Of a stretch of DNA of 39,476 nucleotides, positions 25,407-35,054 are shown piece after piece. Source of the DNA: Acidobacteriota bacterium (GTDB lineage Bacteria; Acidobacteriota; Vicinamibacteria; Vicinamibacterales; 2-12-FULL-66-21); NCBI GenBank assembly GCA_046734675.1, contig JBKPRU010000332.1, positions 1 to 39,476 on the forward strand, read 5' to 3'. Below the pieces are notes generated by a model. That model was not told where the DNA came from. It did no database searches and worked only from the letters and a program-made list of their open reading frames with translations. The translations under genes were made by a program, and so were the position numbers. Numbering within the stretch: the first letter of the stretch is position 1; each line of letters starts with the position of its first letter.

Positions 25407-27725
25407 TTAACGTAGCGGCGGGACGGGCGCAATCGCCGGCGGCGGCTCCAGCACCCAGGTCACGGTCAGGTTCCAGACCGCGTGCTCCTGCGGCAGCCAC
25501 GCCGGCAGGCTCTGCCAGCCCTCGCCGCCCGGGAATCGCTCCGACATGATCTTTGCGCGCACCGCCGGCAGCACGGTTTCGCGCCCTTTGGGAAACGAGG
25601 CGCGCCACGTGATCCCCTCGCGGGGAAGCGATACGAACGTCGCTTCCCATCGCCCGCGCGAGATGACGCCCGGGAGATTGCTGCGCGCCGGCTGGACGCC
25701 CTCGGGCAGCACGAACGCCGCCGCGAGACTTTCCGTCTTCGGCACGATCGTCAGGCTCAGCTCCGTACCGGCGGCCACGGGTGTCAGCGTGAACGCGGAG
25801 ATCTCCGCCGGCGGTGGTCCCGGTGCCGCCGCTTCGGTGCGGAACACGAACGGCAAGCGGTACTGCCCCCACGGAACGCTGCCGCGCGGCGCATCCGTCG
25901 CTCGGTACCAGCCGGCAGGCGCCTGTTCGTCGAGGTCGAGCCCCGGCTCGTGCGACGCCACTTCGTAGGTGGCACGCGTGGCGCCCGGCTCGATCAGCGC
26001 GCGCGCGAATCGGCGCTGCGGCTGCAGGTTCGTATACGCGGGCGCGGCGTAGGCGAAGCCTGCCGCGATCACGACCGCGACGAGCATCAGTGCGGTGATG
26101 AACTTCGGTCGGATCAGCGGCGTCGTGGACGCGACCGAGGCGACGAACGGCGGCGCCACCATTGCGCCAGCGAGCATCATGAGCGCCGCGTACGTGTAGA
26201 CCGGGGTGATGAGCGGGAGGCGGCCGAGCAGCGCGACCACGAATCGCATCAGTTCGACCGTGTCACGCAGCCACAACGTGCCCGCAGCCGCCAGCACGAC
26301 GACGGACACGGCGCGCACCGCGTGGACGCTCGCGATCGGCGCCGCCAGCAGTCCGAGTGCGGCCACCAGCAACGGCAGCGTCCAGAGGTATGACGCGGCC
26401 GGCGTTTGCGATGCCGCGAGCCCCGCGAGCGCGATCCACAACGGGAGCGTGAAGCTCCAGGCGAGCACGGGATGACGCGGCCCATGCGCGCGGCGCGGCA
26501 GATACGCGCCCAGGCGCGCGGCCGCCCACGCCATCAGGACCCCTGTGCACAGCAGCAGCGCGAACAACCGATCCGGCCGCGCGTACCACGGGTGATAGAC
26601 CTCACGCGCTTCGCGCAGCAGCCACGTGACCCCCACCATCGACGCCGCGACCAGCGCGACGCCGATGAGCGTCCACACGAGATCCAGGATCCATCGCCCC
26701 AACCCGACGAGGCGCACCGCGCCCGTAAAGGTCTTGAACCATGCGAGCACGCCGAGCGCGACCGCCGCCATGGCCACGAACCACGCGGTCACCGGCCCCC
26801 ACGTCGCTGCGCTCACCTGACCGATGTCGAAGTAGGTCGCGTCCGATCCGGAACGCGCGGAGAGGTCGAGCGCGTCCATCGCCTCCATCGTGGCGACGAT
26901 GTTCTCGCCGCTGGTGCGGAGCGACGCGTCCGGCACGCGATCCGCCGTATCGCGCGCCGTGTGATACGCGTAGCTGTCGGCGACGAGCGCGAAGTTGAGG
27001 CCGGGCAGGTCGTGGCGCTTGAAGATGGAGAAATCGGTGTCGTTCGGCAGGCGCCGGTAGATCTCGAACGCATACGAGCTGCCCCGCGGGTGCGGCGCGT
27101 GCCGCGCCCACGGTCTTACTATCCACGCATTCATCGGCCCGGTCTCGAACAGCAGCGCCGTGCCCGACGATCCCGTCGCCTCGACGTTCACGTACGCCTG
27201 CACGCGCGCCATGACCTCGCGATCCGCGACGAGGCCCGCCGCCCCCATCAGGCCCTGTTCCTCGCCGTCGGTGACGAGCACCATGAGCGCGTGCCTCGGC
27301 TGCGCCCGCGCCGCGAGCACCCGCGCGGCTTCGAGCGACACGGCCACGCCGAACCCGTCGTCGCCGCCGCCAGGCGAGGCAGAGGCGGAGTCGTAATGCG
27401 AGACGATCGCGAGCGCGGTCCGTTCGGTCCCGGCGCGCACCGCAACGATGTTGGCGACGCGTGCGGTGAGCCCGAGCTCGGGCCGCCGCGCGTCGGTCTC
27501 CTGCACGCGCACCTCGAACCCGTACAAACGCAGCTGGTCGATGATGTATTGCCGGGCGCGCGCGTTCGCGGCGCTGCCAATGGGCCGGCTGCCGATCGTA
27601 CCGGCCAGCATCTCGAGATGGGCGCGGGCGTTGTCGGTGGAGAAGCGCGGCGCCGGGCGGCTGCACGCCGCCCAGCACGGAAGCACGAGGAGGAAGAGGA
27701 TGCGGGCGACCCGCCGGCCACTCAT
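25407..27725 (-). CDS. M28-family zinc aminopeptidase fused to a polytopic membrane domain (ERMP1-like architecture)
   Basis: ATG at 27725, followed by a signal/anchor segment. M28 motifs IVSHYDS, GGGDDGFGVAVSLE and TDGEEQGLMGA. These are followed by about 8-9 hydrophobic helices and a ~190-aa C-terminal domain. Confidence 0.8.
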   Translation of the reverse strand: MSGRRVARILFLLVLPCWAACSRPAPRFSTDNARAHLEMLAGTIGSRPIGSAANARARQYIIDQLRLYGFEVRVQETDARRPELGLTARVANIVAVRAGTERTALAIVSHYDSASASPGGGDDGFGVAVSLEAARVLAARAQPRHALMVLVTDGEEQGLMGAAGLVADREVMARVQAYVNVEATGSSGTALLFETGPMNAWIVRPWARHAPHPRGSSYAFEIYRRLPNDTDFSIFKRHDLPGLNFALVADSYAYHTARDTADRVPDASLRTSGENIVATMEAMDALDLSARSGSDATYFDIGQVSAATWGPVTAWFVAMAAVALGVLAWFKTFTGAVRLVGLGRWILDLVWTLIGVALVAASMVGVTWLLREAREVYHPWYARPDRLFALLLCTGVLMAWAAARLGAYLPRRAHGPRHPVLAWSFTLPLWIALAGLAASQTPAASYLWTLPLLVAALGLLAAPIASVHAVRAVSVVVLAAAGTLWLRDTVELMRFVVALLGRLPLITPVYTYAALMMLAGAMVAPPFVASVASTTPLIRPKFITALMLVAVVIAAGFAYAAPAYTNLQPQRRFARALIEPGATRATYEVASHEPGLDLDEQAPAGWYRATDAPRGSVPWGQYRLPFVFRTEAAAPGPPPAEISAFTLTPVAAGTELSLTIVPKTESLAAAFVLPEGVQPARSNLPGVISRGRWEATFVSLPREGITWRASFPKGRETVLPAVRAKIMSERFPGGEGWQSLPAWLPQEHAVWNLTVTWVLEPPPAIAPVPPLR

Positions 27726-27747
27726 GGCCGGAAGGGTAGCCCAAACG

Positions 27748-28440
27748 CTACTTGATGCGCACGTCGCCGCTGAAGGTCTTGAACTTGTATGTCGTATCGC
27801 CGCCACCGCCGATGTCGCCGCGGATGTCGCGCCGGCCGCTGCCGCGATACGTCATCGCCATAGCGGTGTCGAGCGAGCCGCTGAAGCTGTTGAACTCGAC
27901 GTGCCCCTTGGCCGCCATCACGAGATCGACGTCGATGTCGCCGCTGAACGTTTCCGCATCGATTGCTCCCGCGGCGTCTTCGACCGTGATCTCGCCGGAG
28001 AACGTGTGCAGCCGCTGGCGCGCCTCGACGCCTTTGACGTGCACGTCGCTCGAGAACACCTGTACGTCGAGGCTCGTCCCCTGCGGCACCTCGATGTCGA
28101 AGTCGGTTTCGACGACGTTGTCGTTGCGATCCTGCCAGGAGCTGTCCTTCCTGTTCGCCTCGATCGAGATCTCGGACTGCGACGCTTCGATGTCGAGATG
28201 AATGCCGTTGAGACGTTCGCGGGTCCCCCGGCGCACCGCGTGCACGACGACGTTGGCGCGGTTGCTGCCGGTGATCGTGACCTTGCCGGAGAAGTTCTTC
28301 AGCTTGAGTTGCCCGTTCGTGCTGAACGGGAAGCTGCGGTCGACGGTTTCGGTTTCTTTCTGGGCTGCGCCGGCCGGGGCGGCCGACAGCCACAGGGCTG
28401 CGGCCAACCCCGCAATCGTGCGAATTCTTGCTGATTTCAT
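27748..28440 (-). CDS. DUF4097 (putative adhesin beta-helix) secreted protein
   Basis: ATG at 28440 follows GAGGAG. Signal peptide MKSARIRTIAGLAAALWLSAAPAGA. Repeated FSGxIxV strands (NFSGKVTI, TFSGEITV, TFSGDIDV, SFSGSLD, TFSGDVRI). Confidence 0.75.
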   Translation of the reverse strand: MKSARIRTIAGLAAALWLSAAPAGAAQKETETVDRSFPFSTNGQLKLKNFSGKVTITGSNRANVVVHAVRRGTRERLNGIHLDIEASQSEISIEANRKDSSWQDRNDNVVETDFDIEVPQGTSLDVQVFSSDVHVKGVEARQRLHTFSGEITVEDAAGAIDAETFSGDIDVDLVMAAKGHVEFNSFSGSLDTAMAMTYRGSGRRDIRGDIGGGGDTTYKFKTFSGDVRIK

Positions 28441-28585
28441 GCGGATTCTCCTCACGTCCCAGGCGCGCCACGGGCGCGCCCGCCGGAGCGGAGCGGGGAG
28501 TATGGGGCCCCCGCGAGCGACGGCGTAAGGGGTCCGGGGGCGAAGCCCCCGGATGCAACTTAGACGGGAAGGGATCCGCGAGGGT

Positions 28586-29275
28586 TCATCGCGCGGGTGG
28601 AGAAATCTTGAGCCGGCCGGTGTAGACGGCCATCCCGACGACCGCGTCGACGCCAATCGAGTCGAGCCAGTCGATCTCTTCCTGGGTCGTGATGCCGCCG
28701 GCCGCCGTGACCTCCCGCCGCGTCGCGCGTCGGACCTCCTGGATCGCCGTGCGATCGGTTCCCTGCATCAGCCCTTCGATGTCGACGTTGGTGAAGAGGA
28801 ACTCGCTGAAGAACGGCTCGAGCGTGTGCACCGCTTCGACCGACGAGATTTCGAGGCGGGTGCGCCAGCCGTGGATGGTGACGCGGCCGCCGCGCGCGTC
28901 GACGGCGGCAATGAGCCGCTCCTCGCCAACCATGTCGCGCAGCTCCTTCGCGAGACCAACGTTGACGCGGCCGCCGCTGAAGAGCGCGGACCCGAGGATC
29001 ACTTTCTTCGCGCCGCGCGCCAGCACCGTCTGCGCGCGCTCGACCGTGCGGATGCCGCCGCCGACCCGGCAGGGCAGCCGTCCGCAGATCATCTCGACGA
29101 GCGCGGAGTTGTCGCCGTCCCCCTTCGCGGCGTCGTGGTCGATCACCTGCACCTTGTCGAACCCGAGAAAGCGCTCGATCCACCCCTCGAAATCCGCGCT
29201 GACGATGGCGAGCCGCTCACCCTGAACCAGCTGCACGATGCGGCCGCCCTGAAGATCAATCGAAGGAATCAGCAT
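28586..29275 (-). CDS. hisA: ProFAR isomerase (HisA)
   Basis: MLIPSIDLQGGRIVQLVQG...GGGIRT...GGITT. ATG at 29275 lies 1 nt after the hisF TGA. Confidence 0.8.
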   Translation of the reverse strand: MLIPSIDLQGGRIVQLVQGERLAIVSADFEGWIERFLGFDKVQVIDHDAAKGDGDNSALVEMICGRLPCRVGGGIRTVERAQTVLARGAKKVILGSALFSGGRVNVGLAKELRDMVGEERLIAAVDARGGRVTIHGWRTRLEISSVEAVHTLEPFFSEFLFTNVDIEGLMQGTDRTAIQEVRRATRREVTAAGGITTQEEIDWLDSIGVDAVVGMAVYTGRLKISPPAR

Positions 29276-29276
29276 G

Positions 29277-30032
29277 TCACCGACGCATGGGTACACCGCG
29301 ATCGTGAAGGTAACTCTTGAGATCGGCGACCGCGTGTTCGGAAAAATGAAAGATGGATGCGGCCAGGGCGGCGTCCGCCCGGCCGGCTGTGAACACCTCG
29401 AAGAAGTGCTCGAAGCTGCCGGCGCCGCCCGAGGCAATGACGGGGATGGAAACCGCTGACGAGACGGCGGCCGTGAGCTCGCAATCGAAGCCGCTGCGCG
29501 TGCCGTCGCGATCGATCGACGTGAGCAGGATCTCGCCGGCGCCGCGGTCGGCCGCTTCGCGCGCCCACTCGACCGCGTCACGCCCGGAGGGAGTCGTTCC
29601 GCTTCTCGCAAACACGGCAAAGCGGCCCTCCATCCGCTTTGCATCGATGGCAACAATCACTGCTTGGGATCCATATCTCGCAGCTAAGGAAGTAAGCAAC
29701 GTTGGATCCGCCAGCGCCGCGCTGTTGAGGCTCACCTTGTCGGCTCCCGCGTCGAGCGCCGCCGCCGCGTCCGCTTCCGAACGGATGCCGCCACCGACCG
29801 CGAGCGGGATGAAAATGCGCGACGAAACCTCGCGGATGGTGACCGCGAGCGCCTGCCGCCCCTCGAGCGTCGCGGTGACGTCGAGGATCACCAGCTCGTC
29901 GATGCCCTCTTCGTTGTAGCGCGCCGCGAGCACCGCGGGGCTGCCTGCGTCTGCGAGTCCTTCGAAGCGGACGCCTTTCACGACACACCCGTGTCGGACG
30001 TCGAGACACGCGATGATGCGTTTCGCAAGCAC
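29277..30032 (-). CDS. hisF: Imidazole glycerol phosphate synthase, cyclase subunit (HisF)
   Basis: The GTG start at 30032 gives [20 protein letters not shown]. Also [15 protein letters not shown] and ASGGAGS. There is no ATG near the conserved N-terminus. Confidence 0.9.
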   Translation of the reverse strand: MLAKRIIACLDVRHGCVVKGVRFEGLADAGSPAVLAARYNEEGIDELVILDVTATLEGRQALAVTIREVSSRIFIPLAVGGGIRSEADAAAALDAGADKVSLNSAALADPTLLTSLAARYGSQAVIVAIDAKRMEGRFAVFARSGTTPSGRDAVEWAREAADRGAGEILLTSIDRDGTRSGFDCELTAAVSSAVSIPVIASGGAGSFEHFFEVFTAGRADAALAASIFHFSEHAVADLKSYLHDRGVPMRR

Positions 30033-30037
30033 GGCCG

Positions 30038-30670
30038 TTACGAGCGTTCCTGACGGGCCGGTTCCGCGCCATGCGGAGCGTTGACCACGGTCACGAAATT
30101 GCGAAGCAGCTGCAGGCCTGCGTCGCTGGACTTTTCCGGATGGAACTGCGCGCCGAACACGCGGCCGCGTTCGACGATCGCCGCGAACGGCGCACTGTGC
30201 CTCGTCTCGGCGACGGCATCGGCGGTCACGGGCGCCGCGTAGGAATGCGTGAAATAGAACGACGTGCCGTCCGCGATGCCCTCGAGCATGCGCGACACGC
30301 GCAGCGTGCGCATGGTATTCCAACCGACGTGCGGCACTTTCAACGTCGGCGGCAGCAGCGTGACGCGGCCGGGCAGCAGCCCGAGGCCGGCGAGGCCCGG
30401 CGCTTCGTCGCTCGCGTCAAAGAGGTATTGCAGGCCGAGACAGATGCCGAGTAGCGGCACGCCGCGGTTCACCCGATCGAGGATCGCCGCGCGCCAGTCT
30501 TGGTCGATGGCCGCGGTCGCTCCGAAATGGCCGACGCCAGGAACGATGATGCCGGCGACGTCGGCGAGCGCCGCCGGGGCCGACGGCGTGAACACTGGCG
30601 CCTCGATTGCGGCGAGCGCCTTGCGCACGGACGTGAGGTTTCCGGCGCCGTAATCAATCAGCGCGATCAC
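30038..30670 (-). CDS. hisH: Imidazole glycerol phosphate synthase, glutaminase subunit (HisH)
   Basis: The GTG start at 30670 overlaps the hisB TGA (GTGA). [10 protein letters not shown], nucleophile GICLGLQ, HVGWN and FHPEKS. Confidence 0.9.
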   Translation of the reverse strand: MIALIDYGAGNLTSVRKALAAIEAPVFTPSAPAALADVAGIIVPGVGHFGATAAIDQDWRAAILDRVNRGVPLLGICLGLQYLFDASDEAPGLAGLGLLPGRVTLLPPTLKVPHVGWNTMRTLRVSRMLEGIADGTSFYFTHSYAAPVTADAVAETRHSAPFAAIVERGRVFGAQFHPEKSSDAGLQLLRNFVTVVNAPHGAEPARQERS

Positions 30671-31254
30671 AGTAGCCCCTTTGTCGACGGCAGCATCCGC
30701 CCGAGTTGTCGATCGCGCGAGCACGCGACGCGCAGCGCACGCGCGAACGCTTTGAAGATCGCCTCGATCTGATGATGGCTCGATCGACCGTAGAGCACTT
30801 TCACGTGCACGTTCGCGCGCGCGCCCTGCGCGAATCCTTCGAAGAAATCCTGCACGAGCTCCGATTGCAGGTCGCCGACGCGTTCGACTTTCAATTGCAG
30901 ATCCACGACCGCATGCGGCCGTCCGCTGAGATCGATGGCCGCGACCGCCAGCGTTTCATCCATCGGCATGACGAAGTAGCCGGCGCGATGAATGCCGCGG
31001 CGTGTACCGAGCGCCGACGCGACGGCTTCGCCAAGCGCGATCCCGACGTCCTCGACGGTGTGATGCTGATCGACGTCGAGGTCCCCCTTGACGCGCAGCA
31101 CGAGGTCGAACGCGCCATGTCGTGCGAACAGCTCCAGCATGTGATCGAAGAAGCGGATCCCGGTCCTCACTTCGTAGCGGCCGCGGCCTTCGATCGTCAG
31201 CTTCAACCCGATATCCGTCTCGCGCGTCGTCCGGGTCAGCGTCGCTTTGCGCAC
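30667..31254 (-). CDS. hisB: Imidazoleglycerol-phosphate dehydratase (HisB, monofunctional)
   Basis: The GTG start at 31254 overlaps the hisC end by 19 nt. [30 protein letters not shown] and SSHHQIEA. There is no phosphatase domain. Confidence 0.9.
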   Translation of the reverse strand: MRKATLTRTTRETDIGLKLTIEGRGRYEVRTGIRFFDHMLELFARHGAFDLVLRVKGDLDVDQHHTVEDVGIALGEAVASALGTRRGIHRAGYFVMPMDETLAVAAIDLSGRPHAVVDLQLKVERVGDLQSELVQDFFEGFAQGARANVHVKVLYGRSSHHQIEAIFKAFARALRVACSRDRQLGRMLPSTKGLL

Positions 31255-32282
31255 AAGGCCTCCTCGAGCGCGGCGATCAGCTGGTCGGTGTGTTCGACGA
31301 TGCCGGTGGTCATGCGGAGGCAGCCCTCGCAGCCCGGCTCGGACGATTTGTTGCGGACGTGGATGCCGCGCGCCGCCAGCGTCGACGCGAGCTCGGACGC
31401 GCGCGCGCCGGCGTTCACGAGCATGAAGTTCGCGACGCTCGGCCACGTCTGCAGTCCGAGCCGCTCGCACGCGGAGGCGAGCCGCGCCCGCGACTCCGCG
31501 GCTTGCGCGATGTACCAGTCGCGATATTCGCGATCCGCGAGCGCGGTGGGAAGCACCGCCGTCGCCCACGCGTTCACGCTGTAGGGGGGCACGACCAGCC
31601 GCATCGGCGCCAGCGTGTCGGGGTGCGCGATGAGCACGCCGACGCGCAGTCCGGCCAGGCCATAGGCCTTCGCGAACGTCCGGCCGACGACGAGCGTGCG
31701 GTGTCGTTCGAGCAGCGCCGCGTCGATCAAGGAGTCGCCGGAGAAATCCGCATACGCCTCGTCGAGGAACACCAGCGCCGGCGCAACGTCGGGGATGAGC
31801 GCTCGCACGGGATCGAGCGGGACGCGCATGCCCGTCGGGTTGTGCGGATTCGTGAGAAAGACGATGCGCGTCTGCGGGGTGCGCGCGCGGAGCAGATCGT
31901 CGAATCGGTATTCGAAGTCGCGGCCGAGCGGAACGGTTACGAGCCGGCCGCCGAGCGCGTGGCTGCAGACTTCGTACATGTCGAACGCGGGCAGCACGCC
32001 GAGCCCTTCGGGGACGCCGCCGGTGCGGTCGCGAAAGGCCGCGGCCGTGACGGCGAGGATCCCCTCGTCGAGGCCGTTGGTGAGCAGCACGAACTCCGGA
32101 TCGACGCCGAAGTACGCGGCGACGGCCGCCTGCGCCACGTCGTACTCGGGATAGAAGGCGGCGTCGAGCCGCGTCAGCGCGCGCAGTCTCTCATAGACGG
32201 CTGGCGAGCATCCGGCCGTGTTCTCGTTCAGGTGCAGGCGGAGCCCGTCGGTGCCTTCTGGTTTCCGGTATTCGCCGCTCAT
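31236..32282 (-). CDS. hisC: Histidinol-phosphate aminotransferase
   Basis: [12 protein letters not shown] and the PLP-lysine context [15 protein letters not shown]. The ATG overlaps the hisD TGA (ATGA). Confidence 0.9.
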   Translation of the reverse strand: MSGEYRKPEGTDGLRLHLNENTAGCSPAVYERLRALTRLDAAFYPEYDVAQAAVAAYFGVDPEFVLLTNGLDEGILAVTAAAFRDRTGGVPEGLGVLPAFDMYEVCSHALGGRLVTVPLGRDFEYRFDDLLRARTPQTRIVFLTNPHNPTGMRVPLDPVRALIPDVAPALVFLDEAYADFSGDSLIDAALLERHRTLVVGRTFAKAYGLAGLRVGVLIAHPDTLAPMRLVVPPYSVNAWATAVLPTALADREYRDWYIAQAAESRARLASACERLGLQTWPSVANFMLVNAGARASELASTLAARGIHVRNKSSEPGCEGCLRMTTGIVEHTDQLIAALEEALCAKRR

Positions 32283-33520
32283 GACGACAGTCTCATGCGA
32301 ATGGAGGCGGCGTGCGCGTGCAGGCCCTCGGCCTCGGCGAGCGCGACCGCCGCTGGTCCGACGCGGGCAATCCCGTCTGCGGTGAGGCGCTGCACGGTGG
32401 CGACGCGCACGAAGTCTGCCGCGCTGAGGCCGCCGCGCGTTCGCGCGGCGCCGCTCGTCGGCAGCACGTGATTCGATCCGGTGATGTAATCGCCCGAAGC
32501 CTGGGCACTGTAACGACCGACGAACACGGTGCCGGCGCGCCGCAGCCGTGCGGCGAGCGCCGGCGAATCGCAGACGAGATGTTCGGGGGCCATGCGTTCG
32601 CTGAGCGCGATCGCTTCGTCGAGCGATGCGGTGACGATGATGGCGCCGTTTCGGGCGAGCGCCTGACGTGCGGGTCCCTCCTGCGGCAGCTGGCGGCGCA
32701 CGGCCGCGGCGGTCGCACGGGCCAGTGCCCGGCGAGGCGTCAGCAGGATCGCGCGCGCGTTGGGATCGTGTTCCGCCTGCGCGATGAGATCGGCGGCCAG
32801 CCAGTCGGGGCGGCCGACCTCCGACACGATCAGGATCTCGCTCGGCCCTGCGAAGAAATCGATGCCGCAGACCGACGAGACCATCGCCTTCGCGCTCGCC
32901 ACGTAGGCGTTCCCCGGGCCGACGATCTTGTCGACTCGCGGAACCGTTCGCGTGCCGAAGGCGAGCGCGGCGATGGCGTGTGCGCCGCCGATTCGAAAGA
33001 GACGCGTGACGCCGGCTTCGAGCGCCGCCAACATCACGGTCGCATCCGGCCGTGGACAGACCGCAATGACTTCTCGTACACCGGCCACGCTGGCCGGGAT
33101 CGCCGTCATCAGCAGCGACGAGGGCAGTGGATACCGGCCGCCAGGCACGTAGCAGCCAACGCGGTCCAACGGCATGACGCGCTGTTCAATCGTGACGCCC
33201 CTCACCGGGCTCGTTGCCCACGGTTTCGGCACCTGCCGGCGCGCCACGTGACGGATGTTCCGTGCGGCCAGCCGAATCGCGTTGCGCACGTCGCGCGGGA
33301 CCGTCCCTGCCGCTTGCGCGATCTCGGCGCGCGGGATCTCGATTTCGCCGGCCAGACCGTCGAACTTGTTGGCGTAGGCGACGAGCACACGGTCACCGCC
33401 GCGCCGGACCCGCTCGACGATCTGTGCGACACGCCGCTCGATCGCCGCATCGCGCCGCGGTGCGCGATCCAGAAGCGCCGCGACACGCCGGCGATCCGTC
33501 GCTTCGAGAATCCGAATCAT
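32279..33520 (-). CDS. hisD: Histidinol dehydrogenase
   Basis: Full-length similarity to HisD as I recall it (YANKFDG, GPGNAYV, AQAEHD, TGSNHVLPT). ATG at 33520; the track start at 33532 is a TTG inside an R6 repeat. Confidence 0.9.
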   Translation of the reverse strand: MIRILEATDRRRVAALLDRAPRRDAAIERRVAQIVERVRRGGDRVLVAYANKFDGLAGEIEIPRAEIAQAAGTVPRDVRNAIRLAARNIRHVARRQVPKPWATSPVRGVTIEQRVMPLDRVGCYVPGGRYPLPSSLLMTAIPASVAGVREVIAVCPRPDATVMLAALEAGVTRLFRIGGAHAIAALAFGTRTVPRVDKIVGPGNAYVASAKAMVSSVCGIDFFAGPSEILIVSEVGRPDWLAADLIAQAEHDPNARAILLTPRRALARATAAAVRRQLPQEGPARQALARNGAIIVTASLDEAIALSERMAPEHLVCDSPALAARLRRAGTVFVGRYSAQASGDYITGSNHVLPTSGAARTRGGLSAADFVRVATVQRLTADGIARVGPAAVALAEAEGLHAHAASIRMRLSS

Positions 33521-33577
33521 GCCCTGAGCCAATGAACTCTAAGCCCCTTGAACCGTAAGCCCTGAGCCGTGAGCCCT
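33521..33577. repeat. R6 module (TGAGCCC / TAAGCCC units) filling the hisG-hisD spacer
   Basis: The sequence is GCCCTGAGCCAATGAACTCTAAGCCCCTTGAACCGTAAGCCCTGAGCCGTGAGCCCT. The same units occur at 22526-22552. Confidence 0.75.
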
Positions 33578-33578
33578 T

Positions 33579-34469
33579 TCACAGCACGATCTTGTTGAGG
33601 GGATATTCCACGATGCCCTGGGCGTTCGCCGCTTTGAGACGCGGAATCAGGTCGCGCACGGTGCGCTCTTCGATGATCGTGTTCAGCGCGACCCAGTCGC
33701 TGTCGCTGAGCGGCGAGATGGTCGGCCGCTGCAGCGCCGGCAGCAGCGCCAGCACCGCGTCGAGATCAGCGCGCCGCACGTTCAGCATGATCCCGACCCG
33801 CCCATGCGCCTCGATCGCGGCCTTCAGCAGCAGCGCGACGTTCTCCAGCTTCGTGCGCTTCCACCTGTCCTCCAGCGCGCGCGCATTCGCGATGAGCCGC
33901 GTGTTCGACTCGAGCACGGTGTCGATGATGCGCAGCCGATTCGCGCGCAGCGACGAGCCGGTCTCGGTGACTTCGACGATCGCGTCGGCGAGGACCGGCG
34001 GCTTGACCTCCGTCGCGCCCCACGAGAACTCGACGTTGACGGTCACGCCCAACCGAGCAAAGTACGCCTGCGTGGCGCGCACCAGCTCGGTCGCGACGGT
34101 GGCGCCTTCGAGATCGCGCGCCGACTGGAAGCGCGAGTCTTCCGGCACCGCGAGCACCCACCGCACCTTGCCGAAGCTCTGCTTCGCGTAAACGAGATCC
34201 GCGAGCGACACCACGGTCTGTCCGTTGCTGGCGGCCTCGTGCTCCGCGATCCAGTCCAGCCCGGTGAGCCCGGCATCGAGTACGCCGTCGGCGACGTAGC
34301 GCGCCATCTCCTGCGCGCGGATCAGCATGCACTCGATCTCGGGGTCGTCGATGCTCGGAAAATATGAGCGCGGGCTCGCGTAGATGTTGAAGCCGGCCCG
34401 CGCGAACAACTGGATCGTCGCGTCCTGCAGCGACCCTTTCGGGATCCCGAGCTTCAGCCTCTGCGCCAT
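33579..34469 (-). CDS. hisG: ATP phosphoribosyltransferase, long form
   Basis: [12 protein letters not shown]...[11 protein letters not shown]. Its 296 aa include the C-terminal regulatory domain. Confidence 0.9.
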   Translation of the reverse strand: MAQRLKLGIPKGSLQDATIQLFARAGFNIYASPRSYFPSIDDPEIECMLIRAQEMARYVADGVLDAGLTGLDWIAEHEAASNGQTVVSLADLVYAKQSFGKVRWVLAVPEDSRFQSARDLEGATVATELVRATQAYFARLGVTVNVEFSWGATEVKPPVLADAIVEVTETGSSLRANRLRIIDTVLESNTRLIANARALEDRWKRTKLENVALLLKAAIEAHGRVGIMLNVRRADLDAVLALLPALQRPTISPLSDSDWVALNTIIEERTVRDLIPRLKAANAQGIVEYPLNKIVL

Positions 34470-34473
34470 CGAG

Positions 34474-34785
34474 CTACTCCAGCGCGCGGAAGAAGCAGGT
34501 CCGCTCTCCGGTGTGGCAGACGTTGCCCTCCCCGAGCCGCGTCACCTTCACGAGGATCGTGTCGTCGTCGCAGTCGACCAGCATCTCGTCGACCTGCAGC
34601 CGGTTGCCGGACGTCTCCCCCTTCGTCCAGAGCGCGTTGCGCGTGCGGCTGAAGAACGTGACGTAGCCGGTCGCCCGCGTCCGATCGAGCGCCTCCTGGT
34701 TCATGAAGCCGACCATGAGCACTTCGTTCGAAGTCACGTCCTGCACGACGGCCGGAATCAGTCCGCCTAGCTTTGAGAAATCCAT
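34474..34785 (-). CDS. hisI: Phosphoribosyl-AMP cyclohydrolase (monofunctional HisI, no HisE domain)
   Basis: ATG at 34785 ([16 protein letters not shown]). [21 protein letters not shown] and [10 protein letters not shown]. The 20 upstream codons of the track ORF are read from an R2 repeat and are rejected. Confidence 0.9.
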   Translation of the reverse strand: MDFSKLGGLIPAVVQDVTSNEVLMVGFMNQEALDRTRATGYVTFFSRTRNALWTKGETSGNRLQVDEMLVDCDDDTILVKVTRLGEGNVCHTGERTCFFRALE

Positions 34786-34790
34786 AACGT

Positions 34791-34991
34791 CGGTTGTCGT
34801 TGTCGGTTGTTGGTTGTCGGTTGCAGGTTGTCGGTTGCCATTCACCGGCGGGTCTGAAGACCCGCCCTACGTGGAACTACCCTCCGACCAATCCGTGTGC
34901 ATCCGTGTCCATCCGTGGTGGATCCTTCTCTTTTTCTGTGTTCTTCTGTGGCGGTGTTCTTCTGTATTTTTCTGTGGCGCTCTTCTGTGGC
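34791..34991. repeat. Mosaic of modules R2 - R1 - R3 - R4 between the terminator and hisI
   Basis: R2 GTTGTCGGTTG array at 34791-34839. R1 GGCGGGTCTGAAGACCCGCCCTAC at 34847-34870. R3 at 34891-34925. R4 TTCTGTGGC-type units at 34926-34991. Confidence 0.85.
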
Positions 34992-35028
34992 AAAAAAAAA
35001 GCCCCGCGCGGCGCTGGCCGGCGGGGCT
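34992..35028 (-). terminator. Rho-independent terminator
   Basis: The minus strand reads AGCCCCGCCGGC-CAGC-GCCG(C)GCGGGGCT, giving 12 bp with one bulge, followed by nine U residues. Confidence 0.85.
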
Positions 35029-35054
35029 GTCGAAAGTCGCTCTGGGACGTTAGC

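Noticed and set aside
28462-28553. GC hairpins downstream of hisA (GGCGCGCC-ACG-GGCGCGCC at 28462-28480 and TCCGGGGGCGAAGCCCCCGGA at 28533-28553) considered as the his operon terminator.
   Set aside because: Neither is followed by a U-tract on the minus strand. They may be REP-like or factor-dependent elements, but I cannot support calling either a terminator.
34791-34991. The tandem short-repeat arrays (here and at 16394..16482, 2505..2540 and 33521..33577) considered as a CRISPR array.
   Set aside because: The units are only 7-10 nt long and directly abut each other. There are no 25-40 nt unique spacers and no cas genes in the window.
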